Positions 47,398 through 57,726 of a stretch of DNA of 64,000 nt are shown piece by piece. This DNA comes from Clostridia bacterium. GTDB lineage: Bacteria > Bacillota > Clostridia > UBA1212 > DUPL01. Made by a program: the position numbers and the translations under genes. The first letter of the stretch is position 1, and each line of letters starts with the position of its first letter. The stretch covers positions 224,001-288,000 of the forward strand of contig JBMNIW010000012.1 of assembly GCA_050951325.1 (NCBI GenBank), written 5' to 3'. The notes under the pieces were generated by a model. It was not told where the DNA came from. It was given only the letters and a program-made list of their open reading frames with translations, and made no database searches.

Positions 47398-48135
47398 TGT
47401 TCCCGGATCTGATAATGGTCCATACTTTTTGTTAGGTGTTTTTGTGTATCCGATTGAAAACTGTGCCACACCTTCCTCGTATACGATACCCACCACTGAT
47501 AGAACCTCTGCATGTCGTTTTCCTCCTTTGATATCCAAATACCCACATGATTTGCATTAGCATATGTTCACAACATCCACCAGATATTCGCCATCCTCAT
47601 ACTCCTGGCCAAGTTGCACTTCCAGCCAGTATATTGTCCGGATAGTCCGCATACTGGTTTGTAGAAAAGCAGGATCCTGCCAGAAGGGTCGTCATCGTAG
47701 CTTCCCATCCATCTGTACAGGGCTATCTCTATCTTCATGACCGCTCTGCCTGCGTCCAGGTACACAATCTGACATGAATTCGGTCAAATGTGGTGGTCGG
47801 GAAAAACTGAATGCTCGCAGAGGAAGCCGGATCAATGTGAAGTCCGGCAAGTGATTGCAGGATCTTCCTTGTCCAGATAGAACATGTTATTCCATTGTTT
47901 CTCATCCAACAATTCCTTCTGCATACTTGCCTGTTCCTGGCTCTATTGTAGGTGGTGGCGTTGGCTTCTCCGTAGGCTCAGGACTAGGTGTCGGTTCCGG
48001 AGTTGCAGTAGGTTCTGCCGTTACAACCGGTGTGACTTCCGGAGTTTTGTCCGCATCGTCTCCAACCTTTTTACAGGAAGCCAGTGACAAAACAAGAACA
48101 ATACATAGAATAAACACAATTAACTTGGTACGCAT
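47395..48135 (-). pseudogene. Lipoprotein with PT/PE linker, fragmented by multiple 1-bp insertions (probably sequencing error)
   Basis: Lipobox LASC, TPEPTPSPEPT linker. The downstream domain can be read across ~10 frame switches to ...GYTKTPNKKYGPLSDPGT-stop. Confidence 0.65.
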
Positions 48136-48151
48136 AAATCAACCCCCCAGT

Positions 48152-50884
48152 TTAAGTATTATTTTTCTTCTTTCTAAATACTATGGAAAGAATCACAGCA
48201 GCTGCAACAACTACCACACCTGCAGCGATTGCAATTATCAACCATGTATTTGAAGACCCTGGCAATACTTCAATAGCTATGGTTACAGGTTCCGAATATA
48301 CCGTATATGAATTGTTTTCATCAATCTCATGAGTATACTCAAGGGCATATACAACAGTTCCGTATTTCTTAAATGTAAGGACTCCGTCATTCACGGTAAC
48401 AAGTTCTTCTCCTTCCAGGAAGATTATCCTTACATCTTCTGATGCATCAATTTCTTCCCTGCCATACGTGGTTCTTGTGGCTTCAATCTTAAGATTGTCG
48501 CCCGGCTCTAATTTATGCTCTAATTTCTTTGCATTCAAGAACTTTGTAAAGGGTGCAAGTATCTGACATGTGTCGGTTGTGATACCGTTGGCTCCAGCAA
48601 GGAAATATGTAATCACAACCTCATTGTTAATCGTCCATGGCCATGTAGTGATGCCTCTCATGTTGGCCTTTGTGAAGAAGTCCTTTGAATGGTAATTGTA
48701 TGACGGGTTGTATGTAGTGCCATAGGGTTGTATTATGCCGAGAACGCTTCTTGTCTGAAGATCGCTGGTGGCTCCTGTTGCACTTGCTCCCATCAAATAT
48801 CCAACAGACATTTCAGGAAACTCCCTGTTCATGTTTGTTATGTTTGACGTATGGAAGGTAATGACCGATATTCTGTCAGTCATATCGTGCTTCAAAGTTG
48901 CTTCCCTTAGAGCCGTTACCAGTTCTTTCTCGGTGGACTTTAATTCTACAAATACAAACACGTCCAAATCCTTTATTGCCTCATAGAACTCCTCCAGGGT
49001 AGGAATTTTTATCTCGCCGAAATCCGTCCTTCCGCTGTTTGCATTTAGCTCTTTTAACTGTTCCACTGTTGAATTTCTGACCTCACGGCTGACACCGTTG
49101 CATGTTCTCGCAGTGTTTGCATCATGAATTATAACGGGGACACCGTCCTTGGTAAGGTGAATGTCAATTTCAATTACATCCGCACCATTTTCATATGCAA
49201 GCAAAGCTCCTTCTATGGTGTTTTCAGGAGCAAGGGAAGGCACTCCCCTGTGACCTACATTCAATGGAACTCTGAGAAGTTTGCTTCCGCTCATTAACAT
49301 TGCTGTTTCATAAACAAGGTGCGTATTGTCTGAAATAATGCCGTGGGCTCCGGTTATGAGCAGGCTGTAAGCATCTTTTTTCTGTGTAAGATCATTCACT
49401 GCATTAACCCAAACGGATACCAATCTGTCATATAGGAATTTTACATTGACCCTGTTAGCAATATTCGATGGAATTACACATACAGAAGCCATGTTGGAAT
49501 TAACAATACCTCTGATTTCCATAAGATCATCTTTCGATACCGATTCTTTGTCCTTGTACTTCTCAGTAAAATCTATTACTCCTCTTGACATCCTTGCTTT
49601 CTTACGAACAATCTGAACAAGCTCTGGATTGCCGCTCATTACAAAGCAGTCTTCCAACTTGTTGTCTTTTAAAAAGTCACCCAGATTGTTTGCTGCATGC
49701 TCGTCATTTATGTAAAAGGTAGGAGTCATAACTCCCATAAGACTCATAATCGCATCCTCAATACCCATGTATGGATTTGAGTAAGTGTTGTCAGTTACAT
49801 TAAGTTCCTTGTCAATATAAAAAATTACATTTGCAGGCTTCATACCAAGCTCGGCTATCCTTGTCAGATCATCCTGATTCTCTACAAACTCGGACAATCC
49901 CATACCCCCTATAATCCCCATATCAGGCTGCACAATCTCAAAGAACGTGTATCCAGCCTTGCCAGGTTTGCCTGCAACATACTTAACCTTTAAACTGTCT
50001 ATTTTAAAGGTCGAGTTGTTGGCCTGCAAACCAATACCGCCCTTGATATATCCCTCCAGTTTTCCAGAAAGCACTTTTTCGCTGTTAATATAGTAGTTTA
50101 TTTCAGGACCTTCTGCATGAACCTTGAAGGTGTACATCTTGTCGGAAGATATCGCTTCTTTATATGACGCAGTTTTATGAACAGTCCATCCGCCAGTGTT
50201 CTCAGCTATTTCAATACCATTGTTGGCAGTTGCTCCCTTTCTTATACACATTTGCAGATACTGCGCATTATTATTCTGGCTACGATACATGATGGAGGAC
50301 CATCTGGTTTGTTCTGCAGCATCGGTAATAGTGCCGACCACTTCAATCTCATAATCTCCAAAATCATCAAGAAACTCAGGCAGTAAAAGCCTTGGTGACC
50401 GAAGAGTGTTGCCCTTCAGGAATAGAAAGCCATTTTCAACATAAACGTCGCTGGAAAAACCCTCGACACGCCTGTACCCATCCAACAGCTCTGCTTCAAA
50501 TTCATCAAAGAACAACACAAAATCGCCATCTGCACTTGCCCTTGCAACCACATATACTGTTTTCACAATATTGTTTTTTTCAACCATGATGATATGTAGC
50601 CCTTCTTCACTTGCGGTTAGTTTTCCATTCTCTATCTTTAATGTATCCTTGCTGTCATCCGTAACCGTAATGTTGACATCCGAAGCTCTGAAGTATACAT
50701 TGGAAGAAAACTCAACCATCACATCTTCAAGATTAATGGCCTCTCCTACCGTGACAGGTATTGCAGGCGAAGACGTTGTTGCATATATTTTGTCTTCAGC
50801 ATGAATACTTTCAAATTGAAATATGTTCAGTGACAAAACCATGGCTACAGCCAGCACCATGCAAATAAATCTCGAGGTCTTCAT
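48152..50884 (-). CDS. Surface-anchored glycerophosphodiester phosphodiesterase with DUF1080-like beta-sandwich
   Basis: Signal peptide, GGIGLQ beta-sandwich, GHRGVPSLAPENT, EIDIHLTKDG, HD and VELK motifs; C-terminal TM + RKKK. Confidence 0.85.
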   Translation of the reverse strand: MKTSRFICMVLAVAMVLSLNIFQFESIHAEDKIYATTSSPAIPVTVGEAINLEDVMVEFSSNVYFRASDVNITVTDDSKDTLKIENGKLTASEEGLHIIMVEKNNIVKTVYVVARASADGDFVLFFDEFEAELLDGYRRVEGFSSDVYVENGFLFLKGNTLRSPRLLLPEFLDDFGDYEIEVVGTITDAAEQTRWSSIMYRSQNNNAQYLQMCIRKGATANNGIEIAENTGGWTVHKTASYKEAISSDKMYTFKVHAEGPEINYYINSEKVLSGKLEGYIKGGIGLQANNSTFKIDSLKVKYVAGKPGKAGYTFFEIVQPDMGIIGGMGLSEFVENQDDLTRIAELGMKPANVIFYIDKELNVTDNTYSNPYMGIEDAIMSLMGVMTPTFYINDEHAANNLGDFLKDNKLEDCFVMSGNPELVQIVRKKARMSRGVIDFTEKYKDKESVSKDDLMEIRGIVNSNMASVCVIPSNIANRVNVKFLYDRLVSVWVNAVNDLTQKKDAYSLLITGAHGIISDNTHLVYETAMLMSGSKLLRVPLNVGHRGVPSLAPENTIEGALLAYENGADVIEIDIHLTKDGVPVIIHDANTARTCNGVSREVRNSTVEQLKELNANSGRTDFGEIKIPTLEEFYEAIKDLDVFVFVELKSTEKELVTALREATLKHDMTDRISVITFHTSNITNMNREFPEMSVGYLMGASATGATSDLQTRSVLGIIQPYGTTYNPSYNYHSKDFFTKANMRGITTWPWTINNEVVITYFLAGANGITTDTCQILAPFTKFLNAKKLEHKLEPGDNLKIEATRTTYGREEIDASEDVRIIFLEGEELVTVNDGVLTFKKYGTVVYALEYTHEIDENNSYTVYSEPVTIAIEVLPGSSNTWLIIAIAAGVVVVAAAVILSIVFRKKKNNT

Positions 50885-51099
50885 ACTATCATCCTTTTTT
50901 CGTTATTTCCATATTATCTTACCATACTTAATTTTGATTTTCCATGGAAACAACTTGCTTGCATATTAAATTATATCCTACATGAACAAACTCGCTATGT
51001 ACATTTAAGACATATTTTATTGACTTAATCCAACATAAAACATTGCCTCAAGCAATATTTAGTGTATAATACACCCAAAAGGAAAGGATGGGTGCTAAT

Positions 51100-51930
51100 A
51101 TGCATAACATTGAGCTCAATAACGGAGTAATGATACCCGGCATAGGGTTTGGGACATACAAAACAGACTATACTACGATAAAGCTGGCCATTGATTGCGG
51201 TTACAGATACTTTGACACTGCCTCCAAATATGAAAATGAGGAACACGTTGGATATGCCATAAAAGACAGTGGTATTCCCAGGCAAGAGTTTTTTGTTGCT
51301 ACAAAGGCTTGGCGCGATGAATTGGGATACCATGAAGCAAAGAAGGCTTTTAACAGTTCCCTTGAAAGACTTCAAATGGATTATGTGGATTTGTACATTA
51401 TCCACTGGCCAAAACCAACTCATGATTACGAAGGATGGGCGGAACTCGTCATGGAGACCTGGCAGGCTTTTGAAGAAATATACAAGGAAAAGAAGGCAAG
51501 GGCTATAGGTCTTAGCAATTTCCTTCCTCATCATCTGGATGTTATTCTTGAAAGCTGCGAAATTAAACCAATGACTAACCAGCTGGAAGTACATCCTGGT
51601 TATTCACAGGATTATGCGCTTGCCTACTGTAAGGAAAACAATATACTGGTACAGGGCTGGAGTCCACTGGGAAGAGAAAGGGTTTTAAATCACCCTCTGA
51701 TTCTTGAACTGGCAAGCAAATACAAGGTAACCAGTGCACAAATTTGCATAAGGTATTCAATACAAAGAGGAGTAGTGCCAATACCCAAGGCATCATCTGT
51801 TGAAAGAATGAAAAACAATCTTGATGTATTCACCTTTGAGATAGATAAAAGCGACATGGACAGGCTAATAACTCTTCCGCAAACAGGATGGTCGGGAGAG
51901 CATCCTGATTTTGAAAGAGTGCCCGTTTGA
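51100..51930 (+). CDS. Aldo/keto reductase (2,5-DKG reductase-like)
   Basis: LNNG...GFGT, DTASKYENE, DLYIIHWP, IGLSNF and IPKAS motifs. Confidence 0.92.
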   Translation: MHNIELNNGVMIPGIGFGTYKTDYTTIKLAIDCGYRYFDTASKYENEEHVGYAIKDSGIPRQEFFVATKAWRDELGYHEAKKAFNSSLERLQMDYVDLYIIHWPKPTHDYEGWAELVMETWQAFEEIYKEKKARAIGLSNFLPHHLDVILESCEIKPMTNQLEVHPGYSQDYALAYCKENNILVQGWSPLGRERVLNHPLILELASKYKVTSAQICIRYSIQRGVVPIPKASSVERMKNNLDVFTFEIDKSDMDRLITLPQTGWSGEHPDFERVPV

Positions 51931-51989
51931 GGTTGTATATATTAAAAATAATAGTATAATAAGTTAAGCTTGATTATTAAGGAGGAAAT

Positions 51990-54464
51990 TTGATGGAACT
52001 GTTTGTAAACAAGTTGAAGGAACCTATCAATATTGATGTGAATCCTGTCTTTGGCTGGACATTGGATGCAGAGGACTTTTATCAGAAAGCGTACCAGGTA
52101 AAAGTTTATTCCGGTGATGAAACGGTTTGGGACAGTGGTAAAACTTTGAGCGACAATTCCGTTTGTGTTGAGTACGAAGGCAATAAATTGAAAAGCAATT
52201 CTGAATACCGTGTGGAAGTGACAGTATGGGACACAAAAGGTAATGAGTATAAAGGGGAGACAAGGTTTGAAAGTGCTCTTCTATCCCAGTCCGACTGGCA
52301 CGGAAACTGGATTGGCATGGGAGACAAATATATTTCAAGCTGGGCATTCCAACTAAGAAAAGAAGTTGAATTGGAAGACAAGAAGATAAGAAGGGCTAAA
52401 GCTTTTGTTGTTGGTCTTGGATATTATGAACTTAGACTAAACGGCGAAAAAGTAGGAGACCATATGCTTGATACTGCCCAGACCGAATACGACGAAACGG
52501 TATTCTACGCTACCTATGACATAACCGATAAACTTAAGAAAAATAACTGCTTTGGTATAATTGTAGGGGATGGCTGGTACCACCAGTCCCAGCTTATGAA
52601 TGGTGCCGGCATTTATGGAAAACCATGCGCAATAATGCAAGTGAACATAGAATACGAAGATGGTACCACAAGTGAAGTTGTTACTGATTGGACTTGGAAA
52701 GTTGACTACTCCCCAATCTCAAGAAACAACGTTTATACGGGCGAAACGTATGATGCAAGGCTTGAGCAGGAAGGCTGGGACGAGCCTGGCTTTGATGATT
52801 CAAAATGGTTTGAAGTTGTTGAAGACACCAGACCGAAAGGCAAACTAATATCACAGTTGATGCCGCCAATTAGGGTGGTCAAGGAAATTAAGCCTGTATC
52901 TATAACTCATCCTCAAAGAGGTGTTACAGTCTTTGACTTGGGTGAGAACTTTGCAGGTCTTGTCAGGCTTAAAACAATAGGTTTTCCAGGCAACGAAATA
53001 GTTATGAGGTTTGCAGAAAGTCTTGATGAAACCGGAATGATTGATGTAACCAGCTCCGGTGTGTTTCATATAAGGGGTGTGCAGACAATAAGATACATAG
53101 TTGGCAAACAGGGAGAATTTACTTATACACCAAAGTTTACCTACCATGGCTTTAGGTATGTAGAACTTACCGGTGATTTTGCCAGCCAGACTGTTGAAAC
53201 AATAACCGGACTCAAGATGAACACGGATTTGAGGCAGACAGGCCACTTCGAGTGTGACATGCCTATTCTAAACACACTGCACCAACTTCTTTACAATGCT
53301 TTTACCTCAAATGCGTACGGAATTCCCACCGACTGCCCTGCAAGAGAGAAATGCGGCTGGACAGGAGATGCCAATGTTATTGCTGATACATCAATGATTA
53401 TATGGGATTCTTTCCACTTCTGGGACAAATACATGATGGATACAAGGGATTCCAAGAAGGTATACGGCATATGGCAGAATGTAATGCCCGGAAAGAGAGG
53501 ATGCCTTGATACGGTTCCTGCCTGGGGTTGTGCAATGATTAATATCCCATGGTATACATACCTTACTTATGGTGATAAGGGCATATTGGAAAGAAACATT
53601 GAGCAGATGATTGCATACCACAAGTACATACACGAAAACACCACAGACCTTATACACAACGACCATAAGTATCCTCTTGCCGACTGGGCGGCTCCTTATG
53701 GTTACAACTCAAAAGAGCATTTCAAGCAAACATCAACAGCCTTCTTCTATATGGCAACTGTAATTATTGCTGAAACCTTGAAGGTACTCGAGAAAAAAGA
53801 AGATGTTGTCGAGTATGAAAAACTGGCTGAAAGAATTAAGAAGAAGTTTATTGAAACCTTCTATGATTTTGAAAACCATACATACGGTACACAAACACTA
53901 AACAGTTTTTGCATAGAGCTGGGTTTGTATGACGAAGGTGAAGATGTGAAAATGTGCAAGTGGATTGTAGATGACATAAAGAAACATGACGGACATCTGA
54001 CCTGTGGACATTTGGGGCTTAGATACATCTTCAATGTATTAACCAAATACGGATACAATGAGGTTATAAAAGAGTTCTTTGAAAAGGACGATTATCCTTC
54101 CTTTGGGGAGCAGATTAAGCACGGTGCCACAACCTTGTACGAAAACTGGGGAGTCAGCAACAACCAGTCCTACAATCACCACTTCAAGGGTGCTTTCGGT
54201 TACTGGCTGTATAATGATGTGCTTGGTATTAAGAATACAGGTATTGCATACAAGACCTTTGATGTAAAGCCAATGACGATTGATATTATTAAAAAAGCAA
54301 AGGGTTCTATTGATACGGTTTACGGAAGGATTGAAGTTGACTACTCTGTAGGAGAATACTTCAAGGTAAAAATACCGGCCAATACCACAGCTACAGTTTA
54401 TGTACCAAACAAAGATCTGACATATGTAAAACATGTACTGTCAAGCGGAACTTACAGCTTCTAA
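51990..54464 (+). CDS. GH78 alpha-L-rhamnosidase
   Basis: GLGYYE, DLGENFAG, FTYHGFRYVE, PTDCPAREKCGWTGD, GATTLYENW and SYNH motifs. Confidence 0.92.
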   Translation: MMELFVNKLKEPINIDVNPVFGWTLDAEDFYQKAYQVKVYSGDETVWDSGKTLSDNSVCVEYEGNKLKSNSEYRVEVTVWDTKGNEYKGETRFESALLSQSDWHGNWIGMGDKYISSWAFQLRKEVELEDKKIRRAKAFVVGLGYYELRLNGEKVGDHMLDTAQTEYDETVFYATYDITDKLKKNNCFGIIVGDGWYHQSQLMNGAGIYGKPCAIMQVNIEYEDGTTSEVVTDWTWKVDYSPISRNNVYTGETYDARLEQEGWDEPGFDDSKWFEVVEDTRPKGKLISQLMPPIRVVKEIKPVSITHPQRGVTVFDLGENFAGLVRLKTIGFPGNEIVMRFAESLDETGMIDVTSSGVFHIRGVQTIRYIVGKQGEFTYTPKFTYHGFRYVELTGDFASQTVETITGLKMNTDLRQTGHFECDMPILNTLHQLLYNAFTSNAYGIPTDCPAREKCGWTGDANVIADTSMIIWDSFHFWDKYMMDTRDSKKVYGIWQNVMPGKRGCLDTVPAWGCAMINIPWYTYLTYGDKGILERNIEQMIAYHKYIHENTTDLIHNDHKYPLADWAAPYGYNSKEHFKQTSTAFFYMATVIIAETLKVLEKKEDVVEYEKLAERIKKKFIETFYDFENHTYGTQTLNSFCIELGLYDEGEDVKMCKWIVDDIKKHDGHLTCGHLGLRYIFNVLTKYGYNEVIKEFFEKDDYPSFGEQIKHGATTLYENWGVSNNQSYNHHFKGAFGYWLYNDVLGIKNTGIAYKTFDVKPMTIDIIKKAKGSIDTVYGRIEVDYSVGEYFKVKIPANTTATVYVPNKDLTYVKHVLSSGTYSF

Positions 54465-54465
54465 G

Positions 54466-54502
54466 AAAAAGCCCCACAAGGCAAACTCCTTGTGGGTTTT
54501 TT
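54466..54502. terminator. Bidirectional terminator
   Basis: AAAAAGcCCCACAAGG-caaact-CCTTGTGGGTTTTTT. Confidence 0.75.
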
Positions 54503-55416
54503 CATTTCATTAATGCAAGATAGACGGCACCCGAAACAGCATCACATTCATTCTTCACTATCTTGCACTGTTTAAAATTCTCCTGCATCCTCTTTATTAA
54601 TTCATTCCTTACTATCATGGATTTTTTTAAAACCGACCCGCTTGCGACCACGCCAAATTCATAATCGTCATTAAAATTAAGATTTTTAGCGGCATCATAA
54701 CACATATCATACAGCTTGCCTGCAGCATCATAAAGTATGCGTAATGCAATTTTGTCGCCTTTTTCAGCACAGTCGTTTACCACTTCAGCCAATGAGGCCA
54801 ATACAGTCTTGTTGGTATTTTCATCATACACAAACGTAAGCAAATCATTATAATCCTTTGAGCTGGTAGCCTTTAAAAACTCCGAATATATTAGTGCGCT
54901 GCCATTCCTATTGTCAACATAACCGTAAATATATCTTAATGCATTAATAGCAATATCGAACGCTGAGCCTTCATCGGAGAATATATGTCCCCAGCCACCG
55001 CATGTTACAATTTTGCCTTCACTGTTTTTTCCAATGCAAATAGAGCCAGTTCCTGAAATTATAGATATACCCGGCATATCCCCCAAATACCCATAGAGAG
55101 ATATATGTGCATCAGTGAGGGCTATTACATCGTTGCAGTTGCATATATTCTGAAGAGAAGAAACATAAAATTTACTTGCATCCTCTCCCACCAACCCAGC
55201 TGTTCCTATGCACACACGAACAATGTCAGGTTTAAAATCAACTTTGCTTACTATTTTATTGTATAAATCCTTAAGATTATTGAAGACGCTTTCCCTGCCA
55301 ATAATATATATATTAAGGCAATCCCCATGAGAATCAGCTATCGTATTGCCATGCATGTCTGAAAGTCTCATGACGGACTTTGTGCCTCCACCCTCAATCC
55401 CAATAACACATTTCAT
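54502..55416 (-). CDS. murK: BadF/BadG-family N-acetylhexosamine (MurNAc/GlcNAc) kinase
   Basis: GIEGGGTK, ISGTGS and GGWGHIFSDEGS motifs; coupled to murQ. Confidence 0.72.
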   Translation of the reverse strand: MKCVIGIEGGGTKSVMRLSDMHGNTIADSHGDCLNIYIIGRESVFNNLKDLYNKIVSKVDFKPDIVRVCIGTAGLVGEDASKFYVSSLQNICNCNDVIALTDAHISLYGYLGDMPGISIISGTGSICIGKNSEGKIVTCGGWGHIFSDEGSAFDIAINALRYIYGYVDNRNGSALIYSEFLKATSSKDYNDLLTFVYDENTNKTVLASLAEVVNDCAEKGDKIALRILYDAAGKLYDMCYDAAKNLNFNDDYEFGVVASGSVLKKSMIVRNELIKRMQENFKQCKIVKNECDAVSGAVYLALMK

Positions 55417-56234
55417 TTAACATCCCCATTTTCAATTAGTTTTACTGCTTCTCTTATGTTGTATTCACAAGCAGATAGCGCTTTTCTTGCTGTATCCTTA
55501 TTTGTACCAGTCAGATTGCAAACAATATTTTCAGCCCGACCATAAAGCTTTTCGTTGTTTGCATCCAGATCAATCATTATATTCCCACAAGTCCTTCCCA
55601 GTTTTACCATGACCCCTGTAGATATCATGTTAAGAATCATCTTCTGAGCAGTCCCTGCTTTCATTCTTGTAGAACCTTGGATAACTTCAGGACCTGTTAT
55701 TGCAGCAATTGTAATATCAGCAATCCTTGACAGCTCAGTATCCGGATTGTTGCATATTCCTATGGTCAATGCGCCCATGCTTTTTGCATGATTTATCGCT
55801 CCAATTACATAAGGAGTTCTTCCGCTTGCAGTAATTCCAACTACTACGTCTTTTTTGTTTACACCCTCTTTTTGCAAGTCCTTCATCCCTGCTTCATGGC
55901 TGTCTTCATCGCCGTTGGCCGCATTGGTAATACCCTCGATACCACCTGCCAGTATTGCCTTCACCATTTCTTCAGAAACACCATAGGTAGGGGGGCATTC
56001 ACTTGCGTCCAACACTCCTATTCTGCCACTGGTGCCCGTACCAACGTAAAACATGCGTCCGCCATTTTGCAGGCTGAGCGCTGCCTTGTCAATTGCCAAA
56101 GCTATGTTCTGGAGTTCTTTTTCAACCGCAAAGGCAACGCTCTTGTCTTCGTCATTTATCATACGGACCATTTCAATGGTTTCACATTTATCAATATCAT
56201 TGGTCCTTTTATTTATGCTCTCAGTTATTCGCAT
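55413..56234 (-). CDS. murQ: N-acetylmuramic acid 6-phosphate etherase
   Basis: GTGTSGRIGVLDASECPPTYG, ASGRTPYV and GSTRMKAGTAQK motifs. Confidence 0.95.
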   Translation of the reverse strand: MRITESINKRTNDIDKCETIEMVRMINDEDKSVAFAVEKELQNIALAIDKAALSLQNGGRMFYVGTGTSGRIGVLDASECPPTYGVSEEMVKAILAGGIEGITNAANGDEDSHEAGMKDLQKEGVNKKDVVVGITASGRTPYVIGAINHAKSMGALTIGICNNPDTELSRIADITIAAITGPEVIQGSTRMKAGTAQKMILNMISTGVMVKLGRTCGNIMIDLDANNEKLYGRAENIVCNLTGTNKDTARKALSACEYNIREAVKLIENGDVK

Positions 56235-57726
56235 TTACCAATATCCTTTCCAATAGAGCATCAAGCTTCTCATATGACTCATAAAAGTCTTTTGAATCCA
56301 TGTCGCTGTCCTCATCCCACGTCTTTACTGCCAGGGCAGGAATACGGGCTCGAATAAATTCAAACTCTTCCTTCGCCGCCTTGTCTCCACTATCGTAGCC
56401 GGCAAGAACATCTCCCCAGGCGCAAACCATTCCACCAATTACATTGTCCACTTTGCCCACGTCAATTCCATCAGGATAGGCCATTGACTTTTCCCACCAG
56501 TGTTGCCACTTGTACTTGCTCCAGGCAAGTATCTCTTCAGGCAGCCATGATGTGCTCGGTGCAACTATGTACAATGGCTTCCAGGACGCATTGACAACGG
56601 TGAAACCTGCTTCCACCAGGTCTTTGGGATTTTGGTAATACGACTCCCATGCAATAACTATTACATCCTTTGAAATTTTGTCATTACCTTTCTTGGAAAA
56701 ACCCTCCCAAACAACTGGTGTTCTCCCATGTTTGAATATGATATCTGTAACGCGAGCCACAAAATCAGTATACAGGTCATCAATGAATTTCAAGCCCCTG
56801 TCATTCATGTACTGCCTGCAACCCGGACAGTTTCTCCAGTTTGTTATAGCGGCCTCATCCCCACCCATGTGTATGTATGGAGAGTATGGAAACATCTCAC
56901 ATACTTCACCAAAAAGCTTCTCCAGAGCCTGAAATGTCTTTTCTTCGGCGCATATAATGCCATTGTTTCCAAAAATCTCCGGGTACTTCATGTTGAACTG
57001 TGCACAATGACCCGGAACCTCCACCTCCGGCACTAGTACTACACCTCGGTCGTTTGCATACTCTACCAAATCCCTTATCTGCTCTTTTGTATAATGTCTG
57101 TTTTCAGTTGGGAGGAACGGGTATGTGTCGCTTGGCAACGTATAGCTTTGATCATCGGTAAAGTGGAATTGCAGTCTGTTTATTTTATACAAATAACAAA
57201 GGTCCACATATTTATACAAATACTCATAAGGATGCCACTGTCTTGCAAGGTCTACCAGAAGTGCCCGATAGGAGCTGTCTGGCTTGTCATAAACAGTTAT
57301 ATCTGGAAACAATATTTTGTCATCCTTTGTCTGAATTAGCTGAAGGACAGTGGATAATGCATAATTCAGTCCCTCCTTCGAGGATGCATATATATTCACC
57401 GTGTTGTTGCACTCAATACGGTATGCGTCCTCATCCAACTCTTTTTCTCTAAGAATGCGTATTCCCTTATTACCGTTCTTCAGCTTCAAGCCACAACTTC
57501 TTTCCACATACTGATAGAAAGCATTTATCGAGCTTTCCCATTCCTCAACATTGCAAGATATTTCAGCCTCATAGCTGTATCCGGTACGATCCTTATTATT
57601 GTACTTAAACTCCCTTGGCACGGGCAGTAAATTCGCTTTTTCCATAATATGTTCTTCCCTTCTCCCATCACAGGATACCAATGTTATTAACAACATCACA
57701 CATAAAACTACTAATATCCTTCTCAT
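56221..57726 (-). CDS. Lipoprotein GH20 beta-N-acetylhexosaminidase
   Basis: Lipobox LVSC; VDLARQW, HFTDDQS, PEVEVPGH and HMGGDEA motifs. Confidence 0.92.
   Translation of the reverse strand: MRRILVVLCVMLLITLVSCDGRREEHIMEKANLLPVPREFKYNNKDRTGYSYEAEISCNVEEWESSINAFYQYVERSCGLKLKNGNKGIRILREKELDEDAYRIECNNTVNIYASSKEGLNYALSTVLQLIQTKDDKILFPDITVYDKPDSSYRALLVDLARQWHPYEYLYKYVDLCYLYKINRLQFHFTDDQSYTLPSDTYPFLPTENRHYTKEQIRDLVEYANDRGVVLVPEVEVPGHCAQFNMKYPEIFGNNGIICAEEKTFQALEKLFGEVCEMFPYSPYIHMGGDEAAITNWRNCPGCRQYMNDRGLKFIDDLYTDFVARVTDIIFKHGRTPVVWEGFSKKGNDKISKDVIVIAWESYYQNPKDLVEAGFTVVNASWKPLYIVAPSTSWLPEEILAWSKYKWQHWWEKSMAYPDGIDVGKVDNVIGGMVCAWGDVLAGYDSGDKAAKEEFEFIRARIPALAVKTWDEDSDMDSKDFYESYEKLDALLERILVNANN

Noticed and set aside
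47855-48253. Plus-strand ORFs rich in GVGSGV (also 57817-58185)
   Set aside because: Antisense shadows of PT/PE linkers in real minus-strand genes.
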